This document shows, piece after piece, positions 56,522 to 64,000 of a stretch of DNA of 64,000 nucleotides. Under the pieces are notes generated by a model that did not search any database, was not told where the DNA came from, and was given only the letters and a program-made list of their open reading frames with translations. Within the stretch, counting starts at the first letter, position 1. The number at the start of each line of letters is the position of its first letter. The DNA is taken from assembly GCA_963724785.1 (NCBI GenBank), contig CAVRWC010000012.1, positions 5,056 through 69,055 on the forward strand. The letters are read 5' to 3'. The translations under genes and the position numbers were made by a program. The stretch comes from an uncultured Alphaproteobacteria bacterium (GTDB taxonomy: Bacteria; Pseudomonadota; Alphaproteobacteria; Rhizobiales; Beijerinckiaceae).

Positions 56522-58028
56522 CTACCGATAGTGCGTCCAGATCGTCTTGAAGTCCATGTACTTGTCGATCGCGTGCGGCGAGCGGTCGCGACCGAAGCCC
56601 GGACTGCTTGAAGCCGCCGAACGGCGTCGTGAGCGACGAGCGGTCGTAGGTGTTGACCCAGACGGTGCCGGCGCGGATGGCGCGCGTGAGCCGATGCGCG
56701 ACGTCCATGTCGCGCGTCCACACCGCGGCGGCGAGTCCGTAGATCGTGTCGTTGGCGAGCCGCACCGCCTCGGCCTCGGTCTCGAACGGAACGACCACGA
56801 CGACCGGACCGAAGATCTCCTCCTGCGCGATCCGCATGCTGTTGGTCGCGTCGTCGAGAATCGTCGGCTCGACATAGAAGCCGCCGGTCTCCGCCAGCGC
56901 GCGCCTGCCGCCGTGCGCGAGGCGCGCGCCCTCCTTTACGCCCAGCTCGATATAGTCGAGCGCGCGCCGCATCTGCCGCTCCTCGACCATCGCGCCGAGC
57001 TGCGCTGCCGGGATCGAACGGATGGCCGAGCGGAATCTGCGCCCGCTGCACGGCGGCGATCTTTTCGACCAGCGCCGCGCGGATCGAGGCGTGCGCCAGC
57101 ACGCGCGAGCCCGCGTGGCAGGTCTCGCCCTGGTTGTAGTAGATGCCCCAGGCGATCGCTTCCGCGGCGGCGTCGAGATCGGCGTCGGGCATCACGACAT
57201 GGGGCGACTTGCCGCCGCATTCGAGCGCGACGCGCTTCATGTTGCTCTGGCCCGCATAGACCATCATCAGCTTGCCGACCTCGGTCGAGCCGGTGAAGGC
57301 GATCATGTCGACGTCCGGGTGGAGCGCGAGCGGCTTGCCGGCCTTCTCGCCGAAACCCGGCACGACGTTGAGGACGCCGTCGGGCAGGCCCGGCCTCGCT
57401 GGCGAGCCGGCCGAGGACGAGCGAGGCGAGCGGCGACTGCTCGGCCGGCTTCAGGACCACCGAATTGCCGGCGACCAGCGCCGGCCCGATCTTCCAGGCG
57501 GCGATGATCAGCGGATAGTTCCACGGCACGATCGCGCCGACGACGCCGAGCGGCTCCTTGCGCACCATCGCGACGTCGTGCGCCCCGAGCGGCGCGACCT
57601 CGTCGTAGAGCTTGTCGGCGAGCTCGGCGTAGTACTGGATGCAGTTGGCGCAGAAGGGGACGTCGACGGCGAGCGCGTTGGCGATCACCTTGCCGACGTC
57701 GAGCGTCTCGAGCAGCGCGAGCTCGTCGAGCGTTGTCGCGGATGAGCTCGGCGAAGCGGAGCAGAACCGTCTTCTTCCGCTGCGGATCGGCGTCGCGCCA
57801 GACGCCGCTCTCGAACGCCGCGCGCGCCGCCTTCACCGCCCGGTCGACGTCGGCCTCGCCGCAATCGGCGACATGGGCGAAGACCTTGCCGTCGATCGGC
57901 GAAAGCTTGGCGAAGGTCGCGCCGTCGAGCGCCGGAACATAGGCGCCGTCGATGAAGGCGCGGCCCTCGATTGCGAGCGCGGCGGCGCGGGCGGTCCAGC
58001 CTTCGCGGGTCAGGGGGCGGTCGAGCAT
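56522..58028 (-). CDS. Aldehyde dehydrogenase, PuuC-like (indels)
   Basis: PWNYPL, LKPAEQSP, FTGSTEVG, LECGGKSP, NQGETC, EEIFGP, PFGGFKQSG. Confidence 0.92.
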
Positions 58029-58149
58029 GAGCGAAAGACCTCTGCGGTAGAGCGACGAAACGCGGACCATGGCTGTGACAGCGCCGCGAGGAAACCGGGT
58101 TTTCCTTATGGTGCGATGCCCGGCGGGCATGGACCAGGAGGCGCAAAGC

Positions 58150-58506
58150 TCAGGACCGGCGTTTCGCGGAATTGGGCAGAGCGAGGCCGCCGGGTCCGAA
58201 TGCGAGCGCCCAGACGGCGATCGCATCGAGAACGGGCCGAAGCGCCTCGGCCTTGGCGGTGGGCGAATAGATCGTCTGGGCGCCGTTCTCCGGGTCCTCG
58301 GCCCTGGTGATCAGCCCCTTGTCGAGCATGGTCTTGAGACGGTCCGCGAGGACATTGGTCGCGATCCCCTCTCCGGCGTTGAGAAACTCGCGGTAGTAAC
58401 GCTTTCCGCCGATCAGCATGTCCCGCACGATCAGGAGGGTCCACTTGTCGCCGAAAATGTCGAGCGAGTAGCAGACCGGACACTTGCTTTGGGTCCGCTG
58501 TTTCAT
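58150..58506 (-). CDS. HxlR-family winged-helix regulator
   Basis: CPV..SLDIFGDKWTLLIVRD..F....GI..N.L..RL..Y..T.K. Confidence 0.9.
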   Translation of the reverse strand: MKQRTQSKCPVCYSLDIFGDKWTLLIVRDMLIGGKRYYREFLNAGEGIATNVLADRLKTMLDKGLITRAEDPENGAQTIYSPTAKAEALRPVLDAIAVWALAFGPGGLALPNSAKRRS

Positions 58507-58587
58507 CCGTGTTCAGTCCAACCCTGAGCGGCGCGCCTTGGAGGTACGCCGGCCGCAGCCGTCGCCGTCCCGCCCATCGCCGCGGTC

Positions 58588-58652
58588 CACTTGCAAAATG
58601 CAAGCGGTTCGATTATAGCCCTCCTTGTCGGTCACTTGCAAAATACAAGTGA
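58588..58652. promoter_or_regulatory. Twin palindromic operator between hxlR and the MATE gene
   Basis: CACTTGCAAAATGCAAGCG (58588-58606) and TCACTTGCAAAATACAAGTGA (58632-58652). Confidence 0.7.
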
Positions 58653-58736
58653 TCGGGTCGGGACACTGCGCGTCCGAGCCTGCGCACCGAGCAAGCTTGG
58701 GCGATTGGCAGAAGCGCGAGGTGGGAAAGGGCCGCC

Positions 58737-60193
58737 ATGGATTCGACAGCCGCCGCGACGCCTTCCGGCTCTCCCGCCGCAGGCCTTTCCACGCAGCAAC
58801 GCGCAGATCCGGCCCCGAGACGGTTCGAGGACGCCAAGCTCGCGCTCGCGAAGCGATGCTCAGCGGCCCGATCCTGCCAACCCTGATGCGGCTGGCGCTG
58901 CCGACCATCGGCGTCCTTGTCGCCCAGACCCTGGTGAGCGTGGCGGAGACGTTTTACGTCTCCTTTCTCGGCACGGACGCCCTCGTCGGGGTCGCGCTCG
59001 TCTTTCCGGTCTGGATGCTGATGACGATGATGGCGGCCGGTGGCATTGGAAGCGGCGTCGCCTCTTCCGTCGCGAGGGCGGCGGGCGCCGGCCGTCATCA
59101 GGACGCGGACGCTCTCGTCTTTCACGCGGTCCTGATCGCCGTCGTCTTCGGGCTCGTCTTCTCGATCGCCGTTCTCTGTCTCGACCGCCCGCTCTTTCGC
59201 GCCCTCGGCGGATCCGGAGCGGCGCTCGATGCCGCCTTGATCTATGCGAGGTTCATCTTTCTCGCCGCGTTGCCGATATGGATCGTCAACCTCCTCTCGG
59301 CCGCGCTTCGAGGAATCGGGAACGTTCATGTCCCGGCGCTCGTCACACTCGCCGGCGCGGTCATCCTTGTTCCGCTGTCCCCCGGATTCATCTTCGGCGT
59401 CGGCCCGCTGCGCGGATTTGGCGTCGCCGGCGCCGGGATCGCGGTCACGCTCTACTATTGCGGCGCGGCGATCGTGATGATCCGCTATCTGATCAGCGGC
59501 CGCTCGGGCCTGCGACTGTCGGCGACGCGGCTGCGATGGGACCTCATCCGCGACATCCTGCGCGTGGGCGTCCTGTCTTCGGTCAATGCGCTCCTGCTCA
59601 ATCTGACGGTCCTTCTCGTGACCGCGGCTGTCGGCCGGTTCGGCGTCGCGGCGATCGGCGGTTACGGGACCGCTTCACGGCTCGACTATGTCCTTATTCC
59701 GATCCTGTTCGGCATGGGCACAGCGATCCTGACCATGGTCGGGACAAACGTCGGCGCCGGCGCTCTCGTCCGCGCGAGACGCATCGCCTGGATCGGCGCG
59801 GCGATCAGCGCGGCGTTCACCGGGCTCCTCGGCGTTACGGTGGCGTTGTTTCCGGCTCTCTGGGTCGGGCTGTTCAGCCGGCAACCGGCGATCCTCGAGA
59901 CGGGGGGCCTTTACCTTCGCATCGTCGGCCCAACCTACGCCGCCAACGGCCTGATCTTCGCCCTGAGCTTCGCCGCGCAGGGACGAGGCCGAATGGCCTG
60001 GCCCTTTGTCGCCGCAAGCACCCGGCTTCTCATCGCCGCTGGAGGCGGGTGGGTCGCCGTCTCGTTCTTTGATTGCCCGCCGGCGATCCTGTTCGCCATT
60101 GTCGCCGCCGCGTCGGTCGTCGCCGCGCTCATCTTCGTGACCGCCGATCTCTCCGGGTCCATGTGGGCCGCCGGCCGCAAGCGGCGACCTTGA
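58737..60193 (+). CDS. MATE family efflux transporter
   Basis: L.GPI..TL.RLA.P..E..Y...LGTDAL.G..LVFP..ALRG.GN..G..GA..G.A.R.DY..VGTN.GAG; start 58737 or 58856. Confidence 0.9.
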
Positions 60194-60321
60194 GGCGGCG
60201 CGGACGCCCGGATCAGGGGTCCGCCCGCCGCGCTTCAAGTCCGGTCCGCCGGCCGCCGCCCTTCCCTTGGGGCGCGTCCCGCACTAAGTAAGCGCCTCGC
60301 TTCCCCGAAAACCCGAAGTCC

Positions 60322-61900
<1,579 letters not shown>

Positions 61901-61955
61901 CGCCTCGAAATATACGCTTCCGGGCTGAGGCCCTCTCATCATGAAGGTTCTATCC

Positions 61956-63009
61956 ATGAAGACATTCGGTTACGCGGCCCAGACCCCGACCAGCAGGCTT
62001 GAGCCCTTCCCGTTCGAGCGCCGCGCGTTGCGCGGCAATGACGTGCTCATGGAGGTGCTCTACTGCGGCATCTGCCACAGCGACCTTCATCAGGCGCGGA
62101 ATGATTGGGGCTTTAGCGAATACCCGATCGTTCCGGGCCACGAGATCGTCGGGCGCGTCGCGGCCGTCGGTCCGGAGGTCAAGCGTCACAAGGTCGGCGA
62201 CGCGGTCGCGGTCGGCTGCATGGTCGACAGCTGCATGGCCTGCGACCAGTGCCGCAAGGGCGAGGAGCAGCTCTGCCGCGACGGCAACACGCAGACCTAC
62301 AACGGCAAGGATCGCTTCACCTGCGAGCCGACCTACGGCGGCTACTCGAAGCACCTCGTGGTGCGCGAGGAGTTCGCGCTCAGCGTGCCCGAAGGCCTCG
62401 ACCTCGCCAGGACGGCTCCTCTCCTCTGCGCGGGCATCACGACGTGGTCGCCGCTCAGGACCTGGAACGTCGGGCCGGAATCCAAAGTCGGGGTCATTGG
62501 CCTCGGCGGATTAGGTCACATGGCGGTCAAGCTCGCCGCCGGGCTCGGGGCGGACGTGACGGTGATGAGCCGCACAAAGAACAAGGAAGCCGACGCGCTC
62601 GCGCTCGGCGCCGATCGGATGCTCGTCTCCTCAGACGCTGCGGCGATGACGACGGCGAGGTCGCGATTTCGACCTGATCATCGACACGGTTCCGGTCGAG
62701 CACGACATCGCTCCCTATCTGCCCCTCCTCGACGTAGACGGCACGCTTGTGCTCGTCGGGCAGATCGGGCCGCTGCCCAAATTGTCCACGGTCCCGTTGC
62801 TGTTGGGGCGTCGCCGGGTGGCCGGCTCGCCGATCGGCGGCATCAAGGAGACGCAAGAGATGCTCGATTTCTGCGCCAAGAAGAACATCCTGCCTGATTG
62901 CGAGATGATCCGCATGGATCAGGTCAACGAGGCGTTCGAGCGCATGGAGCGGGCTGACGTGCGCTATCGCTTCGTGATCGACATGGCGTCGCTCAGCGCG
63001 CCCGGCTAG
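61956..63009 (+). CDS. Zn-dependent NAD(P)H alcohol dehydrogenase, YahK/CAD-like (frameshift ~62665)
   Basis: CGICHSDLH, PGHEIVG, C..C..C..G.EQ.C, PLLCAGITT, GLGGLGHM, VRYRFVID. Confidence 0.93.
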
Positions 63010-63291
63010 GCGGACGAGGTCCCGGCGCGCATCGCGGGGCGGCGCCGGAACCACCGCGGTGAGAGCACGCTTGCGGCCTGAAGGCCCGGCGAAGTCGGCC
63101 GAGCGTCCCTGGGACGGTCGAAGTCGAATGTGAGCGAATCCCCGCCAGCACATCCAAGACGTCCATGCGACGCCATCGACGGAGTTCCCAGGGAACAGTT
63201 TTGACCGCGCAGGGAGACCGCTTTTCGGATGGAGACGCCTCTCCTGCCGTGGAGCTATCTGCCGCTCTGGAGCGGCTATGACGCGGGACGT

Positions 63292-63897
63292 TTAGAAATT
63301 AGCCGTTGACCCGGAAAAGGGGCAACTATGCACTTGATTTGGCGGCGTCGAACCGGGACGTTCGGGTGGCGCGCCCGCGTCAGTCCGCAAACATGGACTT
63401 GGTTTCTCCTCGATTGCGGGGGAAACCGAGTTTGCGGCCGAGTACGACATAGTCATCAATCCACGCGTGAATCTCGCTACAAAAACGTCAAGGTCATGAG
63501 AAGTTACAAGTCGGGACCGAATTATTTCGTTCCGATCTAGGTTCGTCGTGGATACTATGCAAGTACCTGCTTCGCAGCCGCTAGTATCCCAAGTTCCATG
63601 GATGAATTCATTGCGTTCTTGCCGCAACTCTTCTGCTTGAGAAAGCAATTCGAGGACAGGTTTGGATTGTTCCGCTTCGTGGTCGTGAGAGTTCAAAAGC
63701 GCGCGCATCCATTTTATTTGCGTGGATAGTTGGGTTCTGGTTGTTACGACGAACATCGCGCCTTGTTCAGCCATCAAAAGAGTTCCGAGCAAGAGCGAGA
63801 TGGATTTTTCGAGCGCCATCCACTGCGTCACCACCTTGCCTATGCGCAGGCAGATCGCGTCATCTGCCGGGGCGACAAAGAGTTCAGGCATCACCAC
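63292..63897 (-). CDS. Low-GC hypothetical protein with RxxxxH motif (HEPN-like)
   Basis: Helical IGKVVTQWMALEK..EELRQERNEFIHGTW; clearly lower GC than neighbours; may really end ~63380 after a frameshift. Confidence 0.6.
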   Translation of the reverse strand: MVMPELFVAPADDAICLRIGKVVTQWMALEKSISLLLGTLLMAEQGAMFVVTTRTQLSTQIKWMRALLNSHDHEAEQSKPVLELLSQAEELRQERNEFIHGTWDTSGCEAGTCIVSTTNLDRNEIIRSRLVTSHDLDVFVARFTRGLMTMSYSAANSVSPAIEEKPSPCLRTDAGAPPERPGSTPPNQVHSCPFSGSTANF

Positions 63898-64000
63898 ACC
63901 TCATAAGAAAGAAAGGTCCCTAAGAAATAAATCGGGTTTGGAATTCCCGGCAAGGAGCCATCCCTGCCGGGAACCCGTTGTTTATCTTAGCGGCGCGGGA

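Overview
High-GC alphaproteobacterial (Hyphomicrobiales-like) DNA in two parts. About 1-17.1 kb is an accessory or mobile region. It holds decayed metabolic genes, a dif/xrs-like XerCD site with an IS1202-type (ISNCY) element inserted 5 bp away, and a plasmid-type DUF3991/Toprim gene split by an IS110/IS1111 element whose 3' non-coding region shows recognisable bridge-RNA-like target and donor guide segments. It also has WGR and GapR genes, IS6 and IS481 remnants, a YmdB phosphodiesterase, GNAT, a class III cyclase, and an ISAs1 element interrupted by IS630. About 17.1-64 kb is mostly core chromosome: hemY/hemD, tsaD, DUF1013, preTA, hemW, infC, msrA, CYP153, uvrB, metY, emrAB, rpsD, manC, mttB, ALDH, MATE, prfC and ADH. 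Small insertions sit among these genes: an orphan plus PIN-like gene pair, a DUF559 endonuclease embedded in REPIN-like palindromic repeats, and a low-GC RxxxxH (HEPN-like) ORF. Many housekeeping genes (rpsD, tsaD, prfC, uvrB) carry frameshifts that are most likely long-read consensus indel errors, so gene ends are approximate. All calls come from reading the sequence and recalling family motifs; no searches were run.
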